From Lama guanicoe (taxonomy: Eukaryota), in NCBI GenBank assembly GCA_013239625.1, contig MU054187.1:14666974-14730973 (forward strand): a DNA stretch of 64,000 bases, read 5' to 3'. The translations under genes and the position numbers were made by a program. The notes beneath the pieces are model-generated. The model was given only the letters and a program-made list of their open reading frames with translations, ran no database searches and was not told the origin of the DNA. This document shows, in pieces, positions 40,079 to 52,765 of this stretch. The first letter of the stretch is position 1; every line of letters starts with the position of its first letter.

Positions 40079-41679
40079 GAGCAGTAGGAGATCACTAGTT
40101 CCCAGGGGGAAGGATCACGTCTGAAGCTACTAGAGGCAGTTTAAGACAGAGCAGTGCGCATCTCTCTCAGACCCAGAGCCTGCCTTCTGCTAGGATCAGC
40201 CAGCTTGTGATTCAAGTAGAGGGCTGGCTCCGTTGTCAGAAAGATGAACAAGCTGACGCCTTCTCTGTCCTCAGCTTGGGCCTCTGCCTGCCTGCTCTTC
40301 TGTCCTCTGTCCCCTAGACATACATCTGTTGCTGTTTTAGCAGTTAATGTGATTTGCATCTTTCTAGCAAAAGATTATTCCATAATCAAATACTCATCAA
40401 ATCATTAGATAAATAAGACAGGAAAAAACAACAACCAAAAAACAGCGTTGTTAACATCTTGCAGTTTTTTCCTAAGGGTCATCTCTCATGACTTGTTTTG
40501 AGTACATATATCTCTTTCATTAAATGTCCTGTATCCGTGTAACCATTTTTGTCACCTGTGCAGTGGAGTGAAAAGCCAATTTTTATTAGTATCAGAATAA
40601 TTCCTCAGAAGACAACTTGGTGGTTTTGGGAAAAGAAAAGAGGCTTAAAAGTCCACGTGAGAAAGATGACTTCTCAAGGGCATGCTCTGGAGTGAAAGGA
40701 TCAGCGTGCATAGGATAACATGATGGTCACTGAAATAAGTCAGAAACAACTCTGACTAAGGTAAGGAGAAATACACGCACGTCTCCCATGCCGCTTCAGT
40801 ACCCTCTCCCTGGCAGAGTAACTGTGGAAAGATTGAGAAGGTGATGAGTCTAACTACACGGAAAGGACATTGAGTTAGTTTTATGTGAGTCTCAAAAGGC
40901 AAGGAGATCCAAACCTGACATCCGGGTTACATCAGACAATAGACCCCTTGACAATAAAATGTAATCTTTTTCTCCATATAGATTTCCAAAGGCTTCAGCT
41001 TTTGGAAGCAAAAGTAACAAAACGGCTGTTAGGTATGAATGACAGCCTTAGTGTGGACACATTTGTTAGGTAAAATTCTGATTTTTTTCACCACAACATG
41101 ACTCTTACCTGGATTCAACAATTACCAATATGTGGTCAATATTGTTTCATCTAGACCCCAACCAATTGCCCTCTACTTTATTTTGGAAGCAAATCCCAGG
41201 CATCATATTTCTTTCTTAAATACTTAGCTTTGAAACTCTACAAGATAAGGACTTAAAAATATATAACTACAATACATTATAATATCTAAGCTGCCCCTAC
41301 CTCAATGTTACCAAATATCCAGTCTATTCAAATTTCCAATTGTTTTATAATTTTTTTCTCCACAATTTTGTTTGGATTAAGATCTAAGTAAAGTTCCCAC
41401 CTCATTCACACCAATTTTTGAAATGGCCTTTTAAGACTTCTCTAGTCTACGGGCCCCTCCATTTCTTTCACTTTCCCCTTTGCAAGCCATCTGTTGAAGA
41501 AACTGGTTTTGATCCTTTATGTATTTTCATGGTCTAGATATTCTGATTGTATCTCCAAGTTGTAATTGAACATGTTTCTCTGTCTATTGTATTTCCTATA
41601 AATTGGTAGTTGGACGTGCAGCTTCATCATATTGAGGTTTAGTTATTTTGGACAAGACTGATTCATAGCAGATGTGTTT

Positions 41680-42205
41680 GTATTAGTTACCTACCATTGC
41701 ATAACAAATTGCCCCTGAAACTTAGTGGTGTAAAACATCAACAAACATTTGTAATATTGCACTGTGTTTGTTGGTCAGGTAGTCGAGAATGGCTTAGCTG
41801 AGTGGATGTGGCTGGGGTTCTGTCATGGGACTGCAGTTAAGATATCAGCTGGTGTTGCTGTCATCTGAAGGCTGGACGGGGGTCGGGGGGGGCAGCCGGA
41901 ACTGCTTCCAAAGTCTCATTCACATGACTGATAAATTGGTACTGGCCTTTTGGGAGGAGGCCTTAGTTTCTTCCACGTGGATCTCTCTTTACGGCTACTT
42001 GTTTCCTCCAGAGTAGTCGATCCAGGAAAGTGAGGTAGAGGGCACTATGTTTTTTATAATCTACCTTGGAAGCTGCACATTGTCGTTGTGCATTATTTTC
42101 TTAGTTACACAGTCACCTGTCTTCATCGCTGAGGGGAGCTAGACAAGGATTTGCATACCAAGAAGTAAGGATCATTGGGAGTCATCTTGGAGGTTGGCTC
42201 CCACA
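41680..42205 (-). mobile_element. Older MLT1-type LTR
   Basis: tgtattagttacctac...gcataacaaattgcccc...ggatcattgggagtcatcttggaggttggctcccaca. Confidence 0.65.
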
Positions 42206-42614
42206 GCGTTCATCAAGAGGTACACAATGTCTTTCTGTCTCTCTGTGATATTAGCAACCATTGATGCTCAGTGCCCAAGTTCACTAATTCATTAGATGCT
42301 GTGAAATGGTTATATTCTATTATTCCTTGTCCATGTATTAGCTGAAATACTTCTAAAGGTAGAGAAAAGAGTACGAGAAGGCAAAGGAAATTTGCCTGTC
42401 TCTACTATTTGGTTACCAGTAGTTCAGTTTACTATAGAAAAGTCAGGACAAATGCTTAATTCTTTCTGTTTATCAGTTTTCGAAATAGAGTTGGTTTCCT
42501 AGCATCATCTGATGATTAATTAGACTTTAAAAAAATTATGAGCTCATGAATTTAAATATATTTGATGTATTTCAATTAATTGCTGCTACTATCTTATTAA
42601 CATTCATATAGTCT

Positions 42615-43010
42615 ATAGGTTGGCTGAATAATGGTCCCCCAGAATGTTCATGCCTGGAAGCTGTGAATATTACCTTATATGGCAAAAGGAATTTTATAGA
42701 TGGGTCTTGAGTTGGGGAGATTTTCCTGGATCATCCAAATGGGTCAGTGTAATCACAGTGTCCTTATAAGAGGGAGGCAGGGGATCAGGGGAGAAGGCAA
42801 TGTAATGTTGGATGTGGAGATGGGAGTGCTGAACTTTAAAGGTGGAGGAATGCCAGGTTTGCAGCTCTCAAGCTGAAAAAGGCAGGCAAACAGATTTGTC
42901 CCCCAGAAGAGCCAGTTATGTGGACACTTTGATTTTTAACCCATTGAGTTCATTTGTACTGTTTTAAAGCATTAAGTTTGTGGTGGTTTATTACAGCAGC
43001 AATAGAAAAC
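42615..43010 (+). mobile_element. MLT1D-like LTR
   Basis: ggctgaataatggtccccc...tgtgaatattaccttatatggcaaaagg...ttacagcagcaatagaaaac. Confidence 0.8.
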
Positions 43011-43328
43011 CCATCTTTGGTCAATGGGACTGTCCTGAAACTGGTGATCTAATATCTTGTTCTAGGCTCATCTCGTACATTTGTTGCCTGAGGCCTGGAA
43101 ATGGCAATTTCTCTAGGGTCTTTGTTCCTTTTAGTGGGAAATGGTGTTTTGAGACCACTAGAAGCATTCATGGATTTTTCTTCTCCCCACTGGCCCCCAC
43201 CTTTTAAAATATATTTTAAAATTGTGGTAAAAACATATAAAATTAACCATCTTAATCAATTCTAAGCATGCAGTTCAGTAATGTTAACTATATTTACATT
43301 GTGGTGGAACAACTCTCTAGAACTTTTT

Positions 43329-43443
43329 GGGGGGGGGAGTGGGTTTACTTGTTTATTCATTTTTAGAGGAGGTACTGGGGATTGAATGCAGGACCTCATG
43401 CATGCTAAGCATGTGCTCTATGACTTGAGCTGTGCCCTCCCAC
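43329..43443 (-). mobile_element. tRNA-derived camelid-type SINE in an old L1 end
   Basis: gaggtactggggattgaatgcagg...gctaagcatgtgctcta; 12-bp TSD ctagaacttttt at 43317-28 and 43444-55. Confidence 0.85.
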
Positions 43444-43728
43444 CTAGAACTTTTTTACCTTGCAAACCTGAAACTCAATACCCCTTGAACAGATCCCCAT
43501 TTCCCTACCACCCTTAGCCCCCATGGATTTTTACCTTTTAAAAAATTGGGAAGTAGTACAATTCTTCAGTAAAAACTTTTACAAATATGTTTATTTTCTT
43601 CTAAACTTGTAGATTTTAAGGTCCTGACTCCATGCCATTTTTGGCTACTAACCCTGAACTATGTCCCCTAATGGATTTCAGATAGCCAAGCACCTAAAGG
43701 ATAAACATCTTCTCTAAAACAGAGTAAT

Positions 43729-43764
43729 AGTTTTGAAATGAAATACAGTTTTGAAATGAAATAC
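43729..43764. repeat. Perfect 18-bp tandem duplication
   Basis: agttttgaaatgaaatac repeated twice. Confidence 0.9.
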
Positions 43765-45046
43765 ATTTCAGACATGAAATAATGACCATTTCACTATTAC
43801 AGCTGAAAGTGTTCCCTGGACCCAGAGTTTGCCAGAATGAGTGCATTCCCAAGCCTGGTGGGACCTCTGCCCACAAAGCAGAACTACAGCTAGTGCCCTG
43901 TGTCTGGGGATTCATCCAGCTGGGCTCTACCTGTTAGCTGAACCTGTTGCTGAGCAGAAACAGTTTGCATGCACCTGTTCAGTTCAGATCTGTAGGTGTG
44001 GCTCTCTGGGCCATGAGACTTGTGTCAAGAACCTGTGGGACACACTCGTATGCGAGCCCAGTGGCCTCTGTTGCTGGCCACTGAGGAATCCCAAGGCTCA
44101 TCGGACATTGTTTCAAAATCACTGCATTAACTGATCTCTAAGACCTAGCCAGCTCCTGTTTTCCATTATTACCAATGAACTAAATATGCTTTGAGGGTGT
44201 AAGTTCCATGTATTGGGGGGAAGGAGGGGGATGGAGTCTATAAGAAAAGCCAGAGCTCAGACAGCAAGCCTGGGGCTGAAGCAGAAAAACAGCAAAGGGC
44301 CAAGGAAAGGGCTGAGTGTTAGTGGTGGAGGGGAGCAGCTTTTTAAGAGCACGTGAGGCAGGAGGGGATTGTTTCTGTGTTCTGAGGCATGAAACATGCC
44401 ACGAGCTCACCTGAGGCCATGTTTGTCCCCCATTCATGGCCGAGATGGTTCGTGTACATGAATTATTCATGATTGTTTGATTGTTCATCAAAGTATCAGG
44501 TATGCTTCCTGTGCCCAGCTTGGTAGGATGTCCCTGCCCTGGTCTGTTTCCTGAGTGGGTCATGGACGAGGCCTGGGAAGTTGGCAGAGGGTGGAGGGCT
44601 GTAGGAGGAACCCAGTTTCCATGCATGGAAGTCCAGCTCTGACCCCAAGTCTCTGGGCGTCTTAAGTTGTCACTTACAGTGTGTGCCTGAGAGCGTTTTT
44701 AGAAGCTTTTCGAACGAACTTCTTACCCTGAGATCTATGAAGTCTGACATTTGGCCAAAGATCCTCATTGACTAATCTTTAGAAGGAGTCTTAGAGAAAA
44801 GGATGGTCCAGATGGAAACAGGGAGAACATTCAATAGTAACTGAGTTAGGCAAACATGCTGGCAGGAGTAGAAAATTTACAGGGAAAGAATCCCAACCAC
44901 TTTGAAAACATGTCAAAAATAGCCACAAAAACAGAGACAACCTCTCTCCCCTCTAAATATTGTCCTAACTTCCATTTTAAATATTTAGATATTTAAAGCT
45001 TTAGATTTAAATCTAAATCTCTAATAAAACCTATAAAAATGCTCAA

Positions 45047-45070
45047 GAAAGAAAGAAAGAAAGGAAGAAA
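45047..45070 (+). repeat. Short (GAAA)n microsatellite
   Basis: agaaagaaagaaagaaaggaagaa, about 350 bp upstream of the LY96 ATG. Confidence 0.7.
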
Positions 45071-45269
45071 AAAACTTGTGGGAGGGAATGGCAATGCAGA
45101 TAAAGTCTTGAGATTCTAAAGACATACAGACTGGTTTTGTTACTATTGGCTGGGAAGTACCTAGTTTTGTTTTTAAAGCTCTGTGTTCTCATATGTGTCA
45201 CATGTTTGGAAAGAGTACATTCTAAATCATGTTCCTGTCCCCTCGGAGGAAATGCTCAAATATTAAACA

Positions 45270-45423
45270 CACACACATTCAAAAGAGGAAACAGTTGGAT
45301 AGGAACTCAGAAATCATGTGACTAATGACTAAGTTAAATTTTTTCTACTTATTAAAGGGGAAGATTCTGATGATTAGTTGCTGATTCCCCTTGCATTTTT
45401 GTCGGTTTGGAGATTTTTGAATC
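45270..45423 (+). promoter_or_regulatory. LY96: LY96 proximal promoter/5'UTR (no CpG island)
   Basis: Purine-rich PU.1/ETS-like AAAAGAGGAA (45281-90) and tandem AP-1-like TGACTAA (45319-25, 45326-32) just upstream of ATG 45424. Confidence 0.55.
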
Positions 45424-45535
45424 ATGTTCCCATTGATGCTCTTTTCCACCCTGTTTTCTTCCATTTTTACTGAACCTGGGGAGAAACATTGGATCTGCAA
45501 CTCCTCGGATGCAAGCATTTGGTACAACTACTGTG
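45424..45535 (+). CDS. LY96: MD-2 exon 1 (signal peptide; MFPLMLFSTLFSSIFTEPGEKHWICNSSDASIWYNYC)
   Basis: ORF starting 45424 matches the MD-2 N-terminus; donor TGTG|gtaagt; 112 nt. Confidence 0.97.
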
Positions 45536-46029
45536 GTAAGTCCAAGAGCAAAGGCAGGCAGGTACTTGTATTGTCTACTACTTGGAGGGTAAGTTTTCAT
45601 AAGAACCTTCCTCTGCTGTCGCCGGGACACAGGAAATGACTGTGTGTTCTGGCTGCTGCTGGCAGTAAAAGTGATGTCTGGTTACTGCCCTGTGTGGATT
45701 TTCTCCATCCTTCACAAGTCTCTGAACTATGCTGTATGTCCTGCCCTCCAAGGGCTTCTGTTGCTCCCTGTGGTGAGCTGTCTCTACCTTGAACCCAGTT
45801 TCAGAAGCTTCCTAGTTTTGGCAAAGTTGTCTGCTTCCGAGATTTTGCCTCAGCCCTAAGACTGACCGGTTCTTCCTGAAGAGGTAGGGCTGTCCTAGCT
45901 GCTTCCTGAAACTGATTGTTGCTCCAGGCTCTGATTTTGGGGTTTTTTTGTTGTTTTTTTTGGTTTTTTTTTTTCAGCACAGGTTTGGGTAGGTAACAGG
46001 TGCACTTTGTTTCAAGCTGTGGTTTCTGA

Positions 46030-46200
46030 AGGCTCTTGGAATTGGATATAAGTCTGATTCTGTTAGTTAATAGCTGTGTGACTTTGAGCAAAGTCTTAGC
46101 CTCTCTGTGCCCCAGCATTTTTATCTATAAAATGAAAGTGATTTTCAAACCTACTTCTCAAGAATTGTTGTAAGGTAAAATTTTTAGCACAGAGCACTTA
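46030..46200 (+). mobile_element. MIR
   Basis: tagctgtgtgactttgagcaaag...ctctctgtgccccagcatttttatctataaaatg. Confidence 0.7.
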
Positions 46201-47298
46201 GAAACAATAAAATCGATTACTTAAACAAAACAAAACAAAACAAAAACCCAGCCACATTCTTAACAGTCTAACTATTAAATGGTTGGACTTTTTTTTTATT
46301 CTTCTTCTGGGTTTGTCTTGTTTTCTTTTTGTCTCCCCCTCTTTCTCTACAAATATCTGCTGGTCTGAAAGGATGGCTTTGGGGTTTGACTGCTGTTTTG
46401 GTTTGGTACTTTCCACTGTGTTCCTCACCATGGGTTGGCTGGTCTTTTCTACCCACCGGCAACATCAGGAAAGCCTAAGGGAGTGCCTCTGAAAGCACTA
46501 ATTCTTTGAGATTCTCTTGGGACAAAGGGTTTGTGGTCTAATCATTTGGGGGATTTACAGACGTACTTTGAGTTCTGAGAAGTTCTGTGACAAAGGAACC
46601 TATTTAATCCCCCAATTTTCAGTGTTACTTTGTTTTAGTCTTTGAGTATGTGTTTATGGTCCTGCAAACACACTCTGGCAAATGTTACTATGAAGTTGCT
46701 TCTGAGGATCAGTCTCACACTCATGGCTTTTTTCCTGTTTGTGATTGTGCTGAATTCCCTCTCAGCTTCTCTCTGGAATTCTCCATCCCACAAGGTCCGT
46801 TTGCATTTCCCTGTTCCAGGACCTCGTCACTGCACTAGGCCCTCTTCTCTCCTCTCCTTTGCACCACATGTCGATTGAGCCACCTTCTCTCTGCTATGTT
46901 TCCTATGGCCTTTATTTATATAACACTTCATATTATGATTTAGCTTTTATTCTTCTAGTAACAGTAACTCAATTTGTCTTTTGAGTTTTGAGGAGGGATC
47001 TTGCCTGTTTCTCTCTAACCCTGAGAAATTCTGTGGTCCTTTCCTGCTGCCCCACGGATGGAGGGACCGTGGGGAGCAAGTGGGATTCAGGGCTACAGCA
47101 AGACCTTGTTTGCGCCCCCCAACCCCCCAACACTACATTGTCCTTTCCCTGCCTTAGAGAATCCATCCTGGTCAAGATGGAAACACGTCGTGTGTGGCAA
47201 GCACTGATTGCTCCGGGTATTATTGTCCGGATGTTGGTGAAAACAATCCTTTTGATCCAGTCCTTTCCCTGAAGATGATTTCCACTTGGCATAGACAG

Positions 47299-47686
47299 TA
47301 TACTCGTTTGCCAGGGCTGCCATGGCAAACCATCGCAGACTAGGTGGCTTGAACCACAGAAGATTATTCTTCACAGTTCTGGGGGCTAGGAGCCTGAGAG
47401 CAAGGGTCAGCAGGCGTGGCTTCCTTCTGAGAACTCTCTCCTTGGCTGGCAGACGACCGCCTTCTTGCCGTGTCTTCATATGGCCTTTTCTCTGTGTGCG
47501 CTCATTTCTGGTGACTCTCTGTCTGTCTGAATCTCCTTACCTTTTAAGGACACCAATCATATTGGATTAGGGCCCACCCTAATGGCCTCTTAAAGGCCTT
47601 ATCTCCAAATACAGTTCCATTCTGAGGTCCTGGGGGTTAGGACTTCGACATATGAATTTAGGGGGAACATAGTCCAGCCCATAACA
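47299..47686 (-). mobile_element. MLT1 (MaLR) LTR
   Basis: ccagggctgccatggcaaac...ggattagggcccaccctaatg...tccagcccataaca. Confidence 0.85.
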
Positions 47687-47879
47687 TATAGAAATGGCAA
47701 GAATTGGCCGTTTTATTTTCCAGCTTTGGAAAAGGCAGAAAATGTAGGTGTGTGAGTGAATCAGTCCACAGAGCCCTGGACACACACTATCCTGTAACCT
47801 AGAATTGTCAGACTCAGTTCTAACCTTTTTTTGGCCAAAGGTAGTCCTGAAACTCAAAGAATTTGTGGATTATTTAATT

Positions 47880-48590
47880 AAATCGATATTCACTGAGCAT
47901 CTGGCCTGCGCCTCTTCTGGGCACCGAGGAAATTATATAGCAGTGAGCAAGCAACAAAATAAAAGTCCCCACCCTGGGGGAGTTTCAATCAGTAAGATAC
48001 CCAGCATGTCAGATGGTGGTGACCCCAGTGAGAAAAGAATAAAGCAGAGTAGGGGACAGAGGGCAGAGACGGGGCTAGGTGTTGCGTTTTAAATTAGGGT
48101 GACCAAGGAAGGCCTCACGGAGGAGACATCCAGCAAGGACTGGAATGGTTGAGGGAGTGAGCCATGCCTGTGTCTAGGGGAAGGCGGGGAGGAAAGAGCC
48201 GCACACCACCCTTGATGCGGGAACACGGCTGGTGTGCTGCAGGGTAGCAAAGAGGCCAGTGTGGCTGCAGCGGAGTGAGTGCAGGGGAGGTAGTAGAAGA
48301 CGAGGTCGTAGAGGGAAAGGGCGGTGGGGGTGAGGGCCCTGTAGGTCAGGGCATGACTTAGCTTTACTGTGAGCCAAGCTTGGTCTGGCTTCTGTGTTAA
48401 TAATACCCCATAAGGGGGCAGAAGTGGAAGCAGGCAACCTGTTGTGAGACTGTTACAATAATTCAGGTGAGTGAGAAAATGGCGACTCGGACCAGAGTGT
48501 GACTCAGACCAATGGAGGTGATGAGGAGGGATCAGAGTCTGGAAATACTCTGGAGATGGAGTCGATGAGATTTGCTGATCAATTGGATGT
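47880..48590 (-). mobile_element. L2 3' region
   Basis: tattcactgagcatctgg...gggtgaccaaggaaggcctcac...gatttgctgatcaattggatgt. Confidence 0.7.
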
Positions 48591-49589
48591 GTGGTTGCAT
48601 CTGGTCTGCCCAGCTAAGCATGTGTGTCTTGGCATCTGGAGTGTCCCCCCTACCCCAAGCAGACCACCCTCTTTACTGGTCTTTATTCACACTTCTACTA
48701 TTCTCTAACCGGAAACATTCTTGTCCATCTTTCTGTTTTATACAAACCTTTTGAGGTCCATCAAAAGTCCTGTCTGCTCTACAGAGTCTAGTCAAGTCAG
48801 TTGAAGTTAATTCAGTTTAGTAAGTCTTTAACAGGCATTAGGCTTAGTCGTTATGCTGGGGAATACTGAGAATGCAAAGGTTATGTAAGATGTAGCTGCA
48901 TCCTCAAGGAACTTCTGGCTTTTGTCTAGTTTATGTGTAGTAGGAGGGATAACTGGGCACATCTGCGGGATTCATTCATTTATTCCACAAACTCGGCATA
49001 ACCACTGGGAAGTCTAATGGCCGTTTGGAGCTAGAGCTATTGACCTACACCCCTTTCCAAATCTATTACTTCCTAAATCTCCCCTATCTCATCATTTGCT
49101 TAATTCCCAAACCAGAGGAATCCTTCGTTATCTCTTTCCCTTATTATCCACATTCAGTTTCTCTGTGATTCTTATTTTCATTATCTCCAGAATATATTCT
49201 AAAGCCAACTACTTTTCACTGTCCTCTGCTGACCACTCATGCCACCCTCATCTCCTCTCTGGCCTCTGTAACATCCTCTTAAACTGTCCTCTCTCCACTT
49301 CAGTTCTTGCCCCCATACAATCTGTTATTGCCACAGAGGCCAAAGGCACCTTTTAAAAACGTAAGAAAATATTACTCCATTGCTTAAAACTCTTGAATGG
49401 CTTTTCACTTTAATTAGAGTGAAATCCCAACTTCATACCAAGATCTCCAAGCCCCTTCAAGATGGTCCCTGATTCCTATGATTCCCACCCTCCCTCATTA
49501 TTTTCCATTTATATTGGCCTTTATTGGTACTATTGTTACTGTTTGTATTACCAGCATAACAAACATAAAATTTACCCTTTTAACCATTT

Positions 49590-50004
49590 AAAAAAATTGA
49601 AGTATTTACAGTGTTGTGTTAGTTTTAGGTATACAGCAAAGTAATTCAGTTATACATATAGATATATATATATATCTATATATCTATATGTATATCCTTT
49701 TTCAGAATCTTTTCCATTATAGGTTATTACAAGGTATTAAATATAGTACTCTGGGCTATATAGTATGTCCTTGTTGTTTATCTATTTTACATATACTAGT
49801 GTGTGTATGTTAATCCCAAACTTCTAATTTATCCTTCCCCCCTTTCCCCTTAGACGACCATTAAGTTTGTTTTCTATGTCTGTGAGTCTGTTTCTGTTTA
49901 GTAAGTAAGTTCATTTGTATTATTTTTTAAGATTCCACATATAAGTGATATTTGTCTTTCTCTGTCTGACTTACTTCATTTAGCATAATAGTTTCTAGGT
50001 CCAT
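49590..50004 (-). mobile_element. Artiodactyl-type L1 3' end nested in an older L1
   Basis: ttgaagta..tacagtgttgtgttagttttaggtatacagcaaagt...gattccacatataagtgata; TSD ccttttaac(c/t)attt at 49576-89 and 50005-18. Confidence 0.8.
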
Positions 50005-50789
50005 CCTTTTAACTATTTTTAAGTGTATAATTCAGTGACATTAGGTACATTCAGAATGCTGTGCAATCATCATTACTACCCATTTTCGGAACCTGTCATC
50101 ATCCCAAACAGAAACTCAGCACACATTAAAAAATAACTTCCCATTTCTCCCTCCCCTTAGTCCCTGGTAACCTCTGCTCTTTCTCTTTCTGTGAGTTTGC
50201 CTATTACATATATTTCACAGAATGGTCTTTGTGTGTACATGTGTATGTGTCTGTTTTTGTTGCTTGAACATGTTGAAGTCATTCTCACCTCTGAGTCTGC
50301 ACTCCTGATTAAAACACTCTTTCTCCAATGACCAGAGGGCTGGTTCCTTCCTGTCACTCACTGAGTAATGCAGTTGAGGTATCTCTAACTCCCCCCACCT
50401 CCCCATTCCTCTATCCCCACGGTACACTCAATCTTTAACTCATGACCTTGCTTGATTTTTTTTACTAGAATGTACATTTATCAAGAGCAGGGCCCATGAC
50501 TATCTTTGTTCATTGTTTCTCTAGTGCCTAGAGCAATGTTTGGCACATAATTAATGCTAAATACACATTTATAGTCTACAGTGTGCTGTGTGCCAGAGAC
50601 ATGAAACATGAATGAGACATGCTTCCTGCCCTCAAGGCTTGTGCTATTTTTATGAAGAAGACAGACATATAAACAAATAATTGTAGTAGAGATTTTTGAA
50701 CGACCATTCAAAGATGATCAAGTACTATGAATGACAGTGTGTTTGTGACTGTGGGAGTGGGGCAGTGTGGGGGAGTTAAGAAAAGCTTA

Positions 50790-51810
50790 ATCCTAGGTAT
50801 TTTATTCTTTTGGTGCTGTTGTAAATGGGGTTGTTTTCCTAACTTCCTTTTCATACAGTTCATTGTCAGTGTATAGAAGTCCAACTGGTTTTTTTGTATG
50901 TTGACTTTGTATCCTGCAACTTTACTCCATTTTTAAATTAGTTCTAACAGTTTTTAATGGAGTTTCTAGGGTTTTCTAGATATAAAGGTATATCATTTGC
51001 AAATGGAAAATTTTACTTCTTCCTTTTTTATTCAGGTGGTTTTATTTATTTTTCTTATCTAATTGATCTGGCTAGGACTTCCAGTACTATGTTAAGCATG
51101 GTTATCCTTGCCTTGCTCCTGACCTTAGAGGAAAAACATTCAGTTTTTCACTGTTGAATATGGTGTTAACTATGGGCTTTTCATAGATGGCCTTCATTAT
51201 GCTGAGGCCATTTCCTCTACTTCTAGTTTGTTGAGAGTTTTTATCATGAAAGGGTGTTGAGTTTTATCATCTCTTGAGATGGTCATGTGATTTTTTTTCT
51301 TCTTTCTATTAATGTGGCATATCACATTAGTTGATTTTTGTATGTTGGACTGTCCTTGCATCCTAGGGATAAATCCCACTTACTCATGCTGTATGTTCCT
51401 CTTAATGTGCTGTTGAATTCAGTTTGCTAACATTTTGTGAGGACTTTTGCATCTAAATTCATCAGGAATACTGGCCTACAGTTTCTTTTCTTGTGGTGTC
51501 TTTTATAGTAGTGCTGGCCTCATAAAATGAGTTTGGAAGTATTCCCTTCTATTCATTTTCTGGGAAGAGTTTGAGAAGGATTGGGGTTAATTTCTTTTTT
51601 TTTTTTCTTCAAATCTTCTTTTTTTTAAAAAAAAAAAATTGAAGTATCGTCAGTTTACAATGTTGTGTCAGTTTCTGGTGTACTTATTTAAATGTTTGGT
51701 AGAATTCACCTGTGAAGCCAGCTGGTCTGGGACTTTTCTTTGGGAAATTTTAAATTACTGATGCAATCTCCATACTACTTATAGATCCGTTCAGACTTTC
51801 TGTTTTTCAG
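50790..51810 (-). mobile_element. L1 ORF2 (RT region) fragment
   Basis: ORF 51197..51379 ([24 protein letters not shown]...NHMTIS...[12 protein letters not shown]) is a degraded L1 RT motif. Confidence 0.9.
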
Positions 51811-52264
51811 TCCTTTGGGGATCCCCTTTGGAAAATTTGAGACTCTGCATGAAGCAACCTCTTTCCTTCTAAGTGAAATTGGGGAATAGGAGATCTCTTC
51901 CTAATTAGGCTGTGCCAGGAGCAGTGTCTCTGGTGAGAGGGCGTCCTGAGTCTCCCTACTGAGTCAGTGAGTCTGGTTTTGCAGTCTCCTGGGACGCAGG
52001 AAACTTGCAGTTGGTTTCTGATTTCTCACAATGGTCCATGAATTATCGCTGAATTGATATGTTTGTGGGGCAGAGGAGGACTTCCTAGTCTTCCATCTTG
52101 CTGATGTCACTCCTTTGGGGATGGAGATATTTTTAACTGCCCTCAGTTTTTCTCTTTATAAAATTTTAATGCTAAAGGTAGTTTTAGGGGGCTGACATTC
52201 ACAATACCCTACTTACTGGAAATGATTTATAATAATTTATTGACATTTTCTTTATTCCATTTAG

Positions 52265-52354
52265 ATGACAAGAAGTTCCCTATTTCAATAAGTACTAAAC
52301 CCTGTATAACATTGAAGGGAAGCAATGGATACTTGTATCTTTACTTCATTCCAA
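52265..52354 (+). CDS. LY96: MD-2 exon 2 (DDKKFPISISTKPCITLKGSNGYLYLYFIP)
   Basis: Acceptor catttag|, donor CAA|gtaagt; 90 nt, phase 1-1. Confidence 0.97.
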
Positions 52355-52439
52355 GTAAGTCCAAAGTTTTGTTTTTGTAGATCAGTTTAAAGGGTTCCGG
52401 AAATATCAATGGTGAATGATTGTGTTCTAAATGTTATGT

Positions 52440-52765
52440 GTATTTGTTTTCTGTTGCCATGTAACAAATGATCACAATCTTAATGGCTTAAAACAGTACA
52501 TATTTTTAATTTCATAGTCTTTGTGTATCAGTAGTCTGGGCATGGCTTAGCTGTGTCAGCTTCAGGAGGTCTCCCACAAGGTTGAAATCAAGGTGTTGGC
52601 TAAGGCTAGGGTTTCTTCTGAGGGCTCAGATGGGGGAAAATACACTTCTAAGCTCATGTGGTTGTTAACAGTATTCAGTTCCTGGCTGGCTATTGGCCAG
52701 CCCTCAGTTCCTTGCCATATGGGGCTTTTCAACATGGCTTCTTGTATTTTCAAAGCTAGCAAGGG
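52440..52765 (-). mobile_element. MLT1-type LTR
   Basis: tgtatttgttttctgttgccatgtaacaaatg...ggcttaaaacag...aggttgaaatcaaggtgttggc. Confidence 0.7.

Noticed and set aside
44180..44626. 148-aa minus-strand ORF upstream of LY96
   Set aside because: No domain, splice or promoter support; the similar 145-aa ORF at 56363-56800 lies in L2-like sequence.
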